A stretch of 64,000 nucleotides of DNA, from IMG/VR virus record IMGVR_UViG_3300042562_001845; one strand, 5' to 3'. Positions 10,372 through 21,086 of the stretch are shown one piece after another; the stretch's first letter is position 1, and each line of letters begins with the position of its first letter. A program made the translations under genes and the position numbers. The DNA is from an uncultured virus (IMG/VR IMGVR_UViG_3300042562_001845). Its lineage: Duplodnaviria > Heunggongvirae > Uroviricota > Caudoviricetes. A model generated the notes under the pieces. That model was not told the DNA's origin. It saw only the letters and a program-made list of their open reading frames with translations, and did no database searches.

Positions 10372-10560
10372 TTATTCTATTGAAGACTTAGCCGCCTCAT
10401 ATTGCTTATCAGAAAGAACTTTTACGACTCTACCATTATGTTCTTCTTTTGTAAGATACTTGCTTGTTTTCAAAGTCTTTTGTAAAGAAAGCACGAAACT
10501 ATTGTTTCCTTCATACTTTCTTATGAGCTTATTCATCTCAATTTTTTCTTCTATAGTCAT
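10372..10560 (-). CDS. Hypothetical protein (start likely MTIEEK)
   Basis: TTTG-N19-TACTTTTG promoter lies inside the longer annotated ORF, favouring the 10560 start. Confidence 0.6.
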   Translation of the reverse strand: MTIEEKIEMNKLIRKYEGNNSFVLSLQKTLKTSKYLTKEEHNGRVVKVLSDKQYEAAKSSIE

Positions 10561-10637
10561 GTTATAGTATTTTCCACAAAAGTATGAATAAACTTTGTAC
10601 AATCAAACCTATATAAGAAGAAAAAATAGATTTATTT

Positions 10638-11126
10638 ATGATAATAAAAATACATCCAGAGGATATTATTAAAAGATGCTTATGGGACCATTATGTTTAC
10701 TACATATTGGGTGGGTCTGACAAAGAAGCAGAAAAGATTCTGAAGGAAAACGTTGAAGTTGAGGTTTCTGAAAAGGACGCGTTAGTTATCGGACTTTTAA
10801 AAGTAATCGAAACAGACAACCTTATACACAAGTTCAACGGATACGTAATGGAACTACTTACTAACAAATCTTTAAAAGAAAAGGAACTTCTATTGGTAAG
10901 AAAGAAAGCTTTAGATGCTGCATTAGACAAGTTTGTAGATAAGTTTCCAGACTATTGGGAGCCGAGCACAGGATACAGAAATGGATTGATAGACTTAGTA
11001 GAGTATGTAGAGAAGATTAAAAAGGACGTCGAAAAGTTAGAAGTTCATAAAATCGTAGATAAAAACGTTACTTATGAGTTTTACAACTCAAACAACGTAA
11101 GAAAATTATTAAAATTCAATTATTAA
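10638..11126 (+). CDS. Hypothetical protein, first gene of grpE-dnaJ operon
   Basis: ORF; AAAC-N16-TATATAA at 10590-10616. Confidence 0.7.
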   Translation: MIIKIHPEDIIKRCLWDHYVYYILGGSDKEAEKILKENVEVEVSEKDALVIGLLKVIETDNLIHKFNGYVMELLTNKSLKEKELLLVRKKALDAALDKFVDKFPDYWEPSTGYRNGLIDLVEYVEKIKKDVEKLEVHKIVDKNVTYEFYNSNNVRKLLKFNY

Positions 11127-11129
11127 GAA

Positions 11130-11669
11130 ATGAAAAAGGATAAAGTACAAGAACTAAATACCAAAGAGATGAAAATAGATAGTAATACTATTGGACTTGA
11201 TTTAACTGGTGAGAATGCTGTTGAGTTTGTATTAGAAGACAATCCAAGAGCACACGTTTCTGTTTTAGAAGAACAGTTGAAAGAAGAAAAGAATAAATAT
11301 CTTCTTCTTTATGCAGACTTTGAAAACTACAAAAGAAGAGTTCATAAAGAGAAAGAAGAGTTGAAAAACAATACCAAAGTTTCTATGATTACTTCTATCT
11401 TGGATATGGACAACGATATCGAACTTGCAATCAAAAACATCAAAGATGATTCTGCGAGAGATGGTGTTATGCTTATATCGTCAAAAGTTCAGAACTTTTT
11501 GAAGACTCATGGTATTGAACCAATACAAACTGAAACTTATGACGAAGATCTTCACGAAGTAATCTCTGTTTTAGAGATTGGTGAGAATAAGATTGTCGAT
11601 GTTGTTAGTAAAGGTTATACTTTAAACGAAAAACCTTTCAGATTCCCTAAAATCGTATTAGGAAAGTAA
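11130..11669 (+). CDS. grpE: Nucleotide exchange factor GrpE
   Basis: ADFENYKRR, DLHEVI, KGYTLN...R..V. Confidence 0.92.
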   Translation: MKKDKVQELNTKEMKIDSNTIGLDLTGENAVEFVLEDNPRAHVSVLEEQLKEEKNKYLLLYADFENYKRRVHKEKEELKNNTKVSMITSILDMDNDIELAIKNIKDDSARDGVMLISSKVQNFLKTHGIEPIQTETYDEDLHEVISVLEIGENKIVDVVSKGYTLNEKPFRFPKIVLGK

Positions 11670-12194
11670 ATGGTTCCAAGAAGTCAGGATAGGAAAAGCA
11701 TACTTGATCTGAAGAAGGATCCCGACTTCAGAAGCATGCTTGTCGACACGCTTTGTCAAGGAATAAGACTTACTTCTGATTTCAGAGATATAGTAGACTA
11801 TGTAATCGATAATAAGCTACACCTTTTTGAAACTGATGACTTCTCAGGCTCTTTCTACCCTGAAGATGACGATACACTTGATTTAGTATTTCCTGCAATC
11901 AGGAGAGTCTGGGGAAAGGTGTTCGTTGATCCTCCAAAAATACTTAAAGACAAGAAGCTGGAATTGTTCCAGCTTCTTTTCGATATTGATGACTTTGTTG
12001 ATTATTTGATTGAAATAATGCCTAAGGTCAAAACTTCTTTGATAGAATTTGATAAGTTAGATAGAACCGCAGAAACTTTGGTTCTAATCGTCGATAACTA
12101 TATTGCAGGAATCTTAGAGTCAACTCGTAATAGAGACGATATACAAATGGAAATAAGGGATTTAAGAATAAGTAAAACTTTGAAGAAATGGTAA
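11670..12194 (+). CDS. Hypothetical protein with C-terminal RDLRISKTL motif
   Basis: ORF in operon. Confidence 0.7.
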   Translation: MVPRSQDRKSILDLKKDPDFRSMLVDTLCQGIRLTSDFRDIVDYVIDNKLHLFETDDFSGSFYPEDDDTLDLVFPAIRRVWGKVFVDPPKILKDKKLELFQLLFDIDDFVDYLIEIMPKVKTSLIEFDKLDRTAETLVLIVDNYIAGILESTRNRDDIQMEIRDLRISKTLKKW

Positions 12195-12532
12195 GTTGGT
12201 ATATAAAATGTAAAGGGTTTAAGAGTCAACAATATTTGAAGAAAGTAGAAGAGACTGTCGAACCATTTATGGAATACTTTATAGGTAGAATCTCAGATAT
12301 TGAAGAATATGACATCGACAAGATAGAAGAACTTTACAAAGAGATATTCGACGAACTACCAGTTATGAGACTTCGTACAAATAAGGACTATAACTATTCT
12401 CCACAATCAAAGGAAATAGAAATATGGTTAGAATACAACAAAGAAACTGATATCATCTTTGTCGACCCTAAGAAGTCGATAAGAAGAGAGATACAACTAA
12501 ACAACTTATTTAAGAATGATGAAAAAATATGA
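12188..12532 (+). CDS. Hypothetical protein with C-terminal REIQLNNLF motif
   Basis: Overlapping ORF in operon. Confidence 0.65.
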   Translation: MVSWYIKCKGFKSQQYLKKVEETVEPFMEYFIGRISDIEEYDIDKIEELYKEIFDELPVMRLRTNKDYNYSPQSKEIEIWLEYNKETDIIFVDPKKSIRREIQLNNLFKNDEKI

Positions 12533-12806
12533 TGACTTCAAAAAGGATAAAGAAGCTCTTTATCTTACGAAAGAAGAGATGACTACGGTCAAATGGACCA
12601 AATACGTTATCGTGGTACCCACAGAGGAAGACCGTAATGAACTTATGGAAGCATTTGAACACATTCACTACTCTGACATAGATACAGACAACATAGCGGT
12701 CAACCAGCTTGCTCACGAGTATCTGGATGATGATAGAGAACCAGGAACCTACAACAATATAGTGGTAGATCCGGCGGCCTATGAAAAACTAAGAGTAAAG
12801 AGATGA
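12516..12806 (+). CDS. Hypothetical protein
   Basis: Overlapping ORF in operon. Confidence 0.6.
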   Translation: MMKKYDDFKKDKEALYLTKEEMTTVKWTKYVIVVPTEEDRNELMEAFEHIHYSDIDTDNIAVNQLAHEYLDDDREPGTYNNIVVDPAAYEKLRVKR

Positions 12807-13042
12807 TTAGTAGAACTTATACTATAGATGTTGGTAAAATGAAACCATCTAAAAAGAAATGGTGGCAAATCTGGAGAAAGAATGGAGATTCTGCTGAAGA
12901 AATCTTGAAAGATTTAGTTTCAATCTATTCCGAAAATATCAATTTCAAATCTTTTGAGAGAAAGAACTCTATACACAGAATATATAATATTGAACCAATA
13001 CCATTAGATTTTAAAAAAGATTATTGGTTCCCTAACAGATAA
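12803..13042 (+). CDS. Hypothetical protein
   Basis: Coupled ORF; KKWWQIW and RKNSIHRIY motifs. Confidence 0.55.
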   Translation: MISRTYTIDVGKMKPSKKKWWQIWRKNGDSAEEILKDLVSIYSENINFKSFERKNSIHRIYNIEPIPLDFKKDYWFPNR

Positions 13043-13058
13043 AAAAACAATACAATAT

Positions 13059-14129
13059 ATGAGCAAAGACTACTACAGCGTTTTAGGAGTAGATAGAAAC
13101 GCAACAGAAGAACAGATCAAAAAAGCTTATCGAAAGAAAGCGATGGAGTTCCATCCTGATAAAAATCCAGGAAACCCAGCGGCTGAAACAAAATTCAAAG
13201 AAGCTGCAGAAGCTTATGATGTACTTTCAGATGCTGGTAAAAAGTCTAACTACGACAACTTTGGTTCTGCAACAGGAAATCCTTTTGGTGGAGGTGGTGG
13301 AAACCCATTCGGTGGTGGAGGTCATGGATTCAATATGGATGACATCTTTTCACAATTTGGTGACATATTTGGAAACAGAGGTGGTGGAAAACAACAAAGA
13401 AGAAAAGCAAGAGGTTCTGATTTAAGAATCAAAGTTGTTTTGAATATTGATGAGATATTGAAAGGATGTACTAAGAAACTTAGGTATAAAAGACATACTA
13501 AATGTGATCCTTGTGCTGGAAAAGGTGGTACTGACGTAAGAGAATGTTTGGCTTGTAAAGGAAGTGGACATAGAACGGTTGTTCAGAATACACCATTTGG
13601 ACAAATGAGAACAGAAACAACTTGTCCTGATTGTAGAGGTACAGGAAGTATAATAAGAAATCAATGTAATCATTGTCATGGAGAAGGAACTCAACTTAAA
13701 GAACAGGTTATTGATGTTGAAGTACCTGTAGGAGTATCAAACGGAATGCAACTTAATATGCAAGGGTATGGTAATGATGTAAGAGATGGTGTTGCTGGCG
13801 ACCTACATATATTAGTGGAAGAAGCACAAGACTTTTCATATAAGAGAGAAGGAAACAATTTGATAGTAGAAAAGACTATATCTGTTATAGATGCAATCTG
13901 TGGTGCACACGTCAAAGTATCTACTCCGCACGGAGAGCAATCTCTGTATATCGAACCAGGAACTGAACATGGTAGAACTGCTAGAATAGGTGGTAAAGGT
14001 ATTCCAGATATACATTATGGATTGGGAGATTTGTTTATAAAAATATCAATAAAGATTCCTAGAAACATAGATATGGACGAGCAACACATACTCGAAAAAC
14101 TAAAAGATTCCAAAAACTTTCAAGTATAA
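13059..14129 (+). CDS. dnaJ: Chaperone DnaJ (class A)
   Basis: J-domain HPD, G/F region, four CxxCxGxG motifs. Confidence 0.97.
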   Translation: MSKDYYSVLGVDRNATEEQIKKAYRKKAMEFHPDKNPGNPAAETKFKEAAEAYDVLSDAGKKSNYDNFGSATGNPFGGGGGNPFGGGGHGFNMDDIFSQFGDIFGNRGGGKQQRRKARGSDLRIKVVLNIDEILKGCTKKLRYKRHTKCDPCAGKGGTDVRECLACKGSGHRTVVQNTPFGQMRTETTCPDCRGTGSIIRNQCNHCHGEGTQLKEQVIDVEVPVGVSNGMQLNMQGYGNDVRDGVAGDLHILVEEAQDFSYKREGNNLIVEKTISVIDAICGAHVKVSTPHGEQSLYIEPGTEHGRTARIGGKGIPDIHYGLGDLFIKISIKIPRNIDMDEQHILEKLKDSKNFQV

Positions 14130-14131
14130 GA

Positions 14132-14155
14132 AAAGCCACTCATTTGAGTGGCTTT
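14132..14155. terminator. Bidirectional terminator
   Basis: AAAGCCACTCA-tt-TGAGTGGCTTT. Confidence 0.85.
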
Positions 14156-14160
14156 CTTTT

Positions 14161-14337
14161 TTAGTAAGCTAATGCTTTATGTTTAGGATTTCTGTTATAA
14201 TCCTTTGCAGATTTATGCACTTTATGTTTGGCAACCCAACCAGTAGAGTTTTCAAGTTCCATCTCTCTAGATGCTTTCTTGTACACAGTTAAGATTTGAT
14301 CTTGTGTGATTTTTCCGATTTTGATTACTCCTTTCAT
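14161..14337 (-). CDS. 58-aa basic protein missing from the ORF track; ArfA-like tail
   Basis: Manual translation MKGVIKIGKITQDQILTVYKKASREMELENSTGWVAKHKVHKSAKDYNRNPKHKALAY; own promoter and terminator. Confidence 0.7.
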   Translation of the reverse strand: MKGVIKIGKITQDQILTVYKKASREMELENSTGWVAKHKVHKSAKDYNRNPKHKALAY

Positions 14338-14366
14338 AGTTTCTCTGTTGTTTGTTGTTTGTCTTA

Positions 14367-14397
14367 CAAAGATACGGACAATATTCTAATATCCAAA
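14367..14397 (-). promoter_or_regulatory. Complete Bacteroidota -33/-7 promoter
   Basis: TTTG-N19-TATCTTTG. Confidence 0.75.
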
Positions 14398-14414
14398 AAT
14401 ATTTTATACATTTT

Positions 14415-17400
14415 CTATTCATACAAGCTACTTGTACGATAAATATTTCGATGAAAGACAAGACATCCTGTTGGATACGTCGCATATGTTGTCGGGCTCG
14501 TCGAGTATGTAGTTCCTACAGTTAGTAGAGTTGTACTATAGAGAGTATTATTAAAACCGTTGATGAAATTTGAACAACGAATAGCACCACTATTTGAGCT
14601 GTAGTATGTTCCGGTTGCTGTAGTCAAGAATGCCCTTAGATAAACAAAGTGAATTGGGTATGGTGCACCGACAACACCATCCCAAGGAGTTCCTGGTAAA
14701 ATACCCATAATATTTGGCGTTGTCGTCTTACCTGAGATGGCATATGCAACCGAATCGGATAAGGTAGGTGTAGTCGATGTAGTCGACCAACAAACTCCAG
14801 AGCTCAATACGGTTTCTCCACCATATATCGAATTAGAAAACGTCATAGAAACATATCCCTGTGGTGCAACATAAGCAGAATTTACTGCCTGTTCTGCCAT
14901 TTGATATACCAACGGTAAAGCGTCAATAGATATCGAAGTACGTCTCCAGTCTCTATTATAATCGAAGTCCCACGGACTATATGTTGCCGGCTCCCATTCT
15001 CGTTCCCACCAACCACGTCTCCACCAAGGAGTATATTCTTCATCCCATGTCGTATCCCAGACCCCTACATCTACTGCGTTAGTTGCCAACCTGAAGGCCC
15101 TTACTTTTTTGATGCCTGACTTACCATCCGACTTTTGATATCCTACAGATGGAACTGATGCCTCTGAGCACGAGTAATAGTATGCAGTGGCTGCGTTTAT
15201 TTCTGTTGATGTCCAATATGAACCTGCCAATGAATCAGATCCGAGTACAGTATTTACTATACTCCCAGCGTTGAATGCTTGATTCATTTCAAATACAGAT
15301 GGTAAATACCAATCTGTGAATCCACCACCAGTATAGTTGTCACATAACTTAGCTGCAGAAGTTGTGTGTCCACTTTGTCCGATTATACTTGTCTGATTAT
15401 TTTCTCCTTTGAAGTCCGAAGTTGCATTAGAAACCACTGACGTTATGTTTGACCATTGAGAATTTGCACTTACATCTTCTAAAGACATTATAAGATAGTT
15501 GAATATAGTTTTAGGATAATACCACATTGCGACTATTATTCCACCACCATATAGCTCCCCGATATATCTATAGTTGTTAGGTCTTGAAAAAATTGAGTTT
15601 TTGTCTACCCATTTTGAATATCCAACGGAGTTTAGTTTTAATATCTTTTCGTTACTAATCTCACCTATTTCAAGTGATAAGTTTTGTGATATTGAGAATG
15701 TGGGATTTCCATTTATCTCATGAGAGAAGAATTTGTTTGCATCATTAAAGTTGTCAAATCTGAATTTATCAGTATCGTAATTATTTCTTACTTCACCATA
15801 ACTAATAGATTTGTTATATATCTGAATACTTGCCAATGATCCTTTTAGAGGATTTACTGCAGTTGAATATCTACCGACAATAACATCACCGGCAATACCT
15901 GTTGCCATTGTGAATGTGGATGGAGCAGAAGAGTTTATATCAAGTACGGAATCTATATATGTCTTTAGATTTTTAGTTGTATTGTCAAAAGTAGCACAGA
16001 CATGAGTCCATTTGTTCAAATCTATACCTTTTGTACCAACCTTATCAACAATAACAGTTAAGTTTTTTAGTCTTACTCCTATTGTACTCAAAGTAGTTCC
16101 TAAAACTTGATAAACTTCCCATGGACCACTGGTTGCACCGGTTGTATTCCATCTTACTATTATCGTGGAATTTCTTCTTTCTGTTAATTTTACCCAAAAA
16201 GAAACCGAAAGGTTCTGAATAGCTTGAAAGTCGACAGAGTTTGCCCATGCTAAATATGGATTTGTAGCAATAGTTCCTGGAAAGATTAGTTCTTTTCCAT
16301 TGTATAAAGTGTTTGTTCTTTGAACTGCAGGTATTGTTGTAGTACCTGAGATAGTAAGAGTTGCGCTTCTCACATTACCACTTAGGTCGGTAACCGTTCC
16401 ACTTATTGTTCCATCACCAGAATAAGAGTTCGTATTGTCGAAGTCTATACTTGTAAAGATATTGTTGTCTAATAACTTAGGTAGAATCTCATATCTTTTC
16501 TTCTCTACGCTGTAGTTCTTCATTATTTCGTCTTTTGTAAGTGCTCTATTATAAATTCTAAACACAGACATATCCATTGGCATTATATAATTAAGGGCTG
16601 CTCTGAAACCACCAATTCTTCCTTGACCAGAATTGAAGTTTGCAGTGGTGGCACTTGGTGTTGATGTAGGAAACTGTTGAGAAAGTATCTGCTCGTTTCC
16701 ATTTATATAAATCTTATTGTTTGATAAAATATTTGGAGCAGTTCCAAGGGCTGCCCCTGTCTTCATCTCAAAAACATAATGATTCCAGTTATCAACCAGA
16801 TTAAGTTTAGCTACTTGAGTAGTCGATATTCCATATAAATCTGAACTATTTGTATTGAATCCTAAATGTCCGCTCGCGCAATATACATCATATTGATCCC
16901 AACCAAATATCATTTTTCCACTATATGCAGGTTTTAGTCTTACCCAAGCTTCTACAGTTACGGTAGTCGTGTTTCCAACGGTTGTCTGAAAATCTACATA
17001 GGAATTCCCATTAAATCTAATGAATCCGCTCTCACTTGGTAAGTATACCGGCCCTGTAGGTGGAGTTCCACCAACATTTGTTCTTACATAGATGTTATCT
17101 ACGCTAGGTCCGGATTTGGTTACCGAATCGACATAACTTGCATTTGGTGCTGTTATCTTTATGGATATGTTCTTTCCACTGAATTGACTCAATTGTATGT
17201 GCACTGATGCACCAGTACCACTATTGTTGTTTCCAACGGTATTTGTTATTTGGGTTAGTAGAAAGTATGCTCCAGGTGTTCCTCCCGAATTGATAGAGAC
17301 ATATACGTTTACAGTAGCACTTACAGTGCTTTTGACGGTACTTTGGTCGAGAGTATCGAATTGTAGGTAAGCATATGATGACCCTACTGCGAAATAGTTT

Positions 17401-19493
17401 GAAACCAAAGATGATTCTCCGGTATTGTTGTATAAAGTTGGAGTAGTCGTTCCGGTTATTTTTGTAAAACCCCAAGCACCGACTAACCTATAAGCCAAGC
17501 TATCTAAGTTACCTCCAGTGTTTAGATCTGCAAGTATATTTGTAATAGTTCCTCCTGATACCGAATTAGGGAAAGCGGATAGATTGAACAAATATGATGA
17601 ATTCAATCCACCATTAACCAAATCTTTCCATTTGGTATATACTCCTAGGTTTAGATAGTCTACATCAGAGAAAGACTTTTTGATTGTAGAATCTAGATTC
17701 ATTATCAATCCGTCACCTGTATAGACAGACTCTTTTCTTACTGCTCTTACTCTTCCAAAGCTTGATTTGTTTTTAAAATAGTAATCAGCACCATTAGGAG
17801 TACCGGCAAAAGAATTAAAAGACATTGCAGCATTTGTGGAATTTGCTCCTCCAGATCCTGGTGGTCGAAAATATTCCGTTGATGTCCAATAATCTTTGAT
17901 TAGGAAATTAAGACTATCATCCTTTAAAACTTTATTTATTATAGCTGCATTATTGAAGACTTGGTTTAGTTCGTAGTATGATGGTAGATACCAGTCATCA
18001 TAACCAGAACCTCTATAATCAGCACAAACTTTTGCAGCACTATAGATTGTATTTAACGAGTTAGATTGTGCGATTATCACATCACTATTCAAATCTCCGT
18101 TATAAAGACTTTGTGCCAAAGCACCTACGGTTGTACCCTGTGCTGCACCTGCAGCCCATCTGATATCTTGTATATAGGTCAGAGGTTCATAGTTCAATCC
18201 TGTTCCTGTAGAGTCGAACGAAATATTTACCACCTCTTGTGCAGCAGGTACGTTCTGACCAACACCTGATGTTATTGGAGTCGTTTCAGAACCGACATAG
18301 TCTACATATATTCTGAATACACCCATCGTTCCTTGTCCCTGATTGTATAGTATTCGGTAGTTTGCTGCAAGGTATTGAGCATTGGAAGACATCGCAGGAT
18401 AATAAAAATCTACAGCAACCACACGAAAGACATTGACGACAGAAGTCGTAGTAGACTTTATTCTAAGCAATCCTTTTTGTACAACATTTGAATAGGTATA
18501 CCCACCAGGAATGGTAGTAAATGAACCAGCACCTGCCGCTTCATTTGGAACTAATCCAGATCCACCACCAGTTCCGTTTAAAGATAGGAAAAAGCCAGCC
18601 TGATCTACCAGATTTATATCTAAGTTGTGTATACATATAATAGCAACATTTTGAAGATTTCCACCACCATATGGACCAGATCCATTTAAATCGTGATAGG
18701 TTAAGAATTTATTCGTTGAGGTGGATGTTCCAGGATTATCTAAAGTAGCATTAGTACCCATTTTGTATGGAATGGTTGTGATAGTTCCAATCGAGCCCGC
18801 ACCATCTTCTGTAGTGATGTCCTCGTTCGATACGATAAGAACTTTTTCATCTTCTGCTTCTTTCCAAACTGCCGCGACTATTCCTCCTCCATATTTCTCT
18901 CCTATGTAGTGACCAAATGAGAAAAGAGACTTTACTGGTTTCCAAGTAGCCAACCCTGAAGAATCGGATGTCAATACTCTTTCAACACCCTCACTTGCAT
19001 CTCTTATTTGTAAAGGATCGTAGAATCCTACCGTAGTATCTGATATATAGTATCCATGTGCATCGGATGCACCGTATGTAGATATAGAAAATTGTGCACC
19101 ATACTTATTTACATTAGCGGCAAATATGTCGTAGTATCCAGAACAATATGCCCTAACATAGTAAGTAGTGTTTGGTAACAGAGTATCTATCTTCACACTA
19201 TAGTCCCAATTTATTGAAGAAGCAGCGGCGCTATAAATTTCGGGTTTCATCAAAGAATCAATAACCTGTCCGGATATTGGTACTAAAGTATCAGTAGTGG
19301 TTGTATTTGAAATGGATTGTGCAGTTGTTATTGATATTGGTTGTGTACTATAAATAAAACCTAATCTTATATTAGTAATTCCTGGTCCAAAAGAACTCGG
19401 AATAAAAAATCCTGTTCCTTTTGCGATTATCGAGCTATCTAATCTATTGGTTAATTCTATAGTTACTGAACCTAATTGTGCTGATGTTGCCAT
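14415..19493 (-). CDS. Large virion surface/fibre protein (Fn3-like, 2x DUF1566/Lcl-like, 2x LamG)
   Basis: LLPNTTYYVRAY; two DWYLPS..E...YWTSTE...VRA domains; LamG motifs WNHYV and RIYNRALT; Thr/Ser/Gly-rich. Confidence 0.75.
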   Translation of the reverse strand: MATSAQLGSVTIELTNRLDSSIIAKGTGFFIPSSFGPGITNIRLGFIYSTQPISITTAQSISNTTTTDTLVPISGQVIDSLMKPEIYSAAASSINWDYSVKIDTLLPNTTYYVRAYCSGYYDIFAANVNKYGAQFSISTYGASDAHGYYISDTTVGFYDPLQIRDASEGVERVLTSDSSGLATWKPVKSLFSFGHYIGEKYGGGIVAAVWKEAEDEKVLIVSNEDITTEDGAGSIGTITTIPYKMGTNATLDNPGTSTSTNKFLTYHDLNGSGPYGGGNLQNVAIICIHNLDINLVDQAGFFLSLNGTGGGSGLVPNEAAGAGSFTTIPGGYTYSNVVQKGLLRIKSTTTSVVNVFRVVAVDFYYPAMSSNAQYLAANYRILYNQGQGTMGVFRIYVDYVGSETTPITSGVGQNVPAAQEVVNISFDSTGTGLNYEPLTYIQDIRWAAGAAQGTTVGALAQSLYNGDLNSDVIIAQSNSLNTIYSAAKVCADYRGSGYDDWYLPSYYELNQVFNNAAIINKVLKDDSLNFLIKDYWTSTEYFRPPGSGGANSTNAAMSFNSFAGTPNGADYYFKNKSSFGRVRAVRKESVYTGDGLIMNLDSTIKKSFSDVDYLNLGVYTKWKDLVNGGLNSSYLFNLSAFPNSVSGGTITNILADLNTGGNLDSLAYRLVGAWGFTKITGTTTPTLYNNTGESSLVSNYFAVGSSYAYLQFDTLDQSTVKSTVSATVNVYVSINSGGTPGAYFLLTQITNTVGNNNSGTGASVHIQLSQFSGKNISIKITAPNASYVDSVTKSGPSVDNIYVRTNVGGTPPTGPVYLPSESGFIRFNGNSYVDFQTTVGNTTTVTVEAWVRLKPAYSGKMIFGWDQYDVYCASGHLGFNTNSSDLYGISTTQVAKLNLVDNWNHYVFEMKTGAALGTAPNILSNNKIYINGNEQILSQQFPTSTPSATTANFNSGQGRIGGFRAALNYIMPMDMSVFRIYNRALTKDEIMKNYSVEKKRYEILPKLLDNNIFTSIDFDNTNSYSGDGTISGTVTDLSGNVRSATLTISGTTTIPAVQRTNTLYNGKELIFPGTIATNPYLAWANSVDFQAIQNLSVSFWVKLTERRNSTIIVRWNTTGATSGPWEVYQVLGTTLSTIGVRLKNLTVIVDKVGTKGIDLNKWTHVCATFDNTTKNLKTYIDSVLDINSSAPSTFTMATGIAGDVIVGRYSTAVNPLKGSLASIQIYNKSISYGEVRNNYDTDKFRFDNFNDANKFFSHEINGNPTFSISQNLSLEIGEISNEKILKLNSVGYSKWVDKNSIFSRPNNYRYIGELYGGGIIVAMWYYPKTIFNYLIMSLEDVSANSQWSNITSVVSNATSDFKGENNQTSIIGQSGHTTSAAKLCDNYTGGGFTDWYLPSVFEMNQAFNAGSIVNTVLGSDSLAGSYWTSTEINAATAYYYSCSEASVPSVGYQKSDGKSGIKKVRAFRLATNAVDVGVWDTTWDEEYTPWWRRGWWEREWEPATYSPWDFDYNRDWRRTSISIDALPLVYQMAEQAVNSAYVAPQGYVSMTFSNSIYGGETVLSSGVCWSTTSTTPTLSDSVAYAISGKTTTPNIMGILPGTPWDGVVGAPYPIHFVYLRAFLTTATGTYYSSNSGAIRCSNFINGFNNTLYSTTLLTVGTTYSTSPTTYATYPTGCLVFHRNIYRTSSLYE

Positions 19494-19500
19494 AATTTAT

Positions 19501-21018
19501 TTAAGATTTATTTAGTATTTGACTTACGTTTGCCACAAATTCCTGTGAATAAAACGGTGCTCCTGATCCATAATTGCTCGAAAGAAAGTTGAAATCAAGA
19601 ACAACAACGATTGCACCTTTTGGTGCCAAAGACAAAGATCCGGTTTTCCAAACGACTGCGTGCCCTGTTAATGAATCTATTGGATTTTTTGTAATAGGAG
19701 TTCCTGTTCCTATCGAAGAAAATCTACCGATGGCTGCAAAAGTAACGGTATTTCTGTTGTTTGCGATAAGAAATTCACTTTCTATATTCAATGAATTGTT
19801 AATACTTTGATTGGAGGACTGTATGTTTCCACCACCGAGATTTGTTATGAAACTTGCCAAATCATTATTTCGTGGTGTATAGTTTTGTGCATTCTCACCT
19901 AATATGAAAAGACCACCACCCTGTTGAAGATATGTTGTGTATTTTGTGGCAGCCCCAGTAGGAACCAGTAATGTTTGCACAGCGGCACCACCCTCTTGGA
20001 CGTTTATATCCCATATATGGTCGTATTGTGAAAGATTTGCAGGAATACTAGAATAACTAGTTATAACCGTAACTGTGTTACCAAGCGAAACCTCTGTTGC
20101 GGTTATATTAGCAACCATTGAAGTGGCAAAATATGGCGCTGGTTGATCATAAACTATCAATACCTTGCCGGTTTTGTTTCTATCCTGAACCCAAGTTATT
20201 CCGTTCCATCTCTTAACATCTTGTCGAAATGGTCTTGTAAACTTATAGGAGTTTTTAGAAGCTGTGGCGAACCTAACTCCACCAACAACACCCATATTTA
20301 GAAAGTGTGCACTTCCTGCATTATATTCCGTCGAAGTCCAATAGCCTGTTGTTAAAATTCCGGCAGATTCATTTGCATTTACGAATAGGTCCATATTCGA
20401 AAATGCTCCAGTTGAAATATTTTCAATAAGCGATAGTCCTTTATCAGTCGCATATTGAGAAATAACCCTATCGACTATGGCCGCATTGTTTGCCAAACAG
20501 TTGAGCTCAAAGGTTGAAGGTAAATACCAATCACCATAAACACCCAGACCATAAAGATCCGCATTGATATAGTTTGCACACTTTGAAGCAGCCTTGTCTG
20601 CAGGATTAGTTGTACCAAGAGGTAAACCTTGATTTATTATAGCTACACTATTGCTGGCACCAAAAGTATTTGATCTTGCAGTAGCTCCAATCGCCAGATT
20701 TGCTATGTTAGACCATTGAAAATAAAAATACTCACCTTCACTATAAGGTTCACTATAGTTCTTTACAGAAGCGATTAGACATATTTCGTAAAGTGTCTCT
20801 CTCTGCTCTCTCCAAACCGCGACTACTATCCCACCACCATACAACTCTCCGATGAAATGATCCAATGGTTCTTCGTTACTACTATACTGATTAGGATTCT
20901 GCCAACTGGTATTACCATAGATGTCAGAAACGAGTATGTGTCCAGGATTGAAAGTCTTGTCGTCTATAACCAAGTTTTGATTTATCCTAAAACTGGTTCT
21001 ATTAAGTGAATGTCCCAT
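19501..21018 (-). CDS. DUF1566/Lcl-like surface protein, paralogous to its neighbour
   Basis: HFIGELYGGGIVVAVW, DWYLPSTFEL, YWTSTE; AATATATA-N4-ATG. Confidence 0.7.
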   Translation of the reverse strand: MGHSLNRTSFRINQNLVIDDKTFNPGHILVSDIYGNTSWQNPNQYSSNEEPLDHFIGELYGGGIVVAVWREQRETLYEICLIASVKNYSEPYSEGEYFYFQWSNIANLAIGATARSNTFGASNSVAIINQGLPLGTTNPADKAASKCANYINADLYGLGVYGDWYLPSTFELNCLANNAAIVDRVISQYATDKGLSLIENISTGAFSNMDLFVNANESAGILTTGYWTSTEYNAGSAHFLNMGVVGGVRFATASKNSYKFTRPFRQDVKRWNGITWVQDRNKTGKVLIVYDQPAPYFATSMVANITATEVSLGNTVTVITSYSSIPANLSQYDHIWDINVQEGGAAVQTLLVPTGAATKYTTYLQQGGGLFILGENAQNYTPRNNDLASFITNLGGGNIQSSNQSINNSLNIESEFLIANNRNTVTFAAIGRFSSIGTGTPITKNPIDSLTGHAVVWKTGSLSLAPKGAIVVVLDFNFLSSNYGSGAPFYSQEFVANVSQILNKS

Positions 21019-21086
21019 AGTCTATATATTCAAAAACTAAATCCCGAATTGGTTTTTTAATATATAAAAGAAACTAATATTTCAAT

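Noticed and set aside
14267..14485. 72-aa ORF in the track
   Set aside because: Overlaps the upstream gene end and the promoter; the 14161-14337 frame fits promoter and terminator better.
14415..21018. Diversity-generating retroelement targeting the DUF1566 domains
   Set aside because: No reverse transcriptase and no template/variable repeat pair differing only at adenines seen in this window; the domain copies are diverged paralogs.
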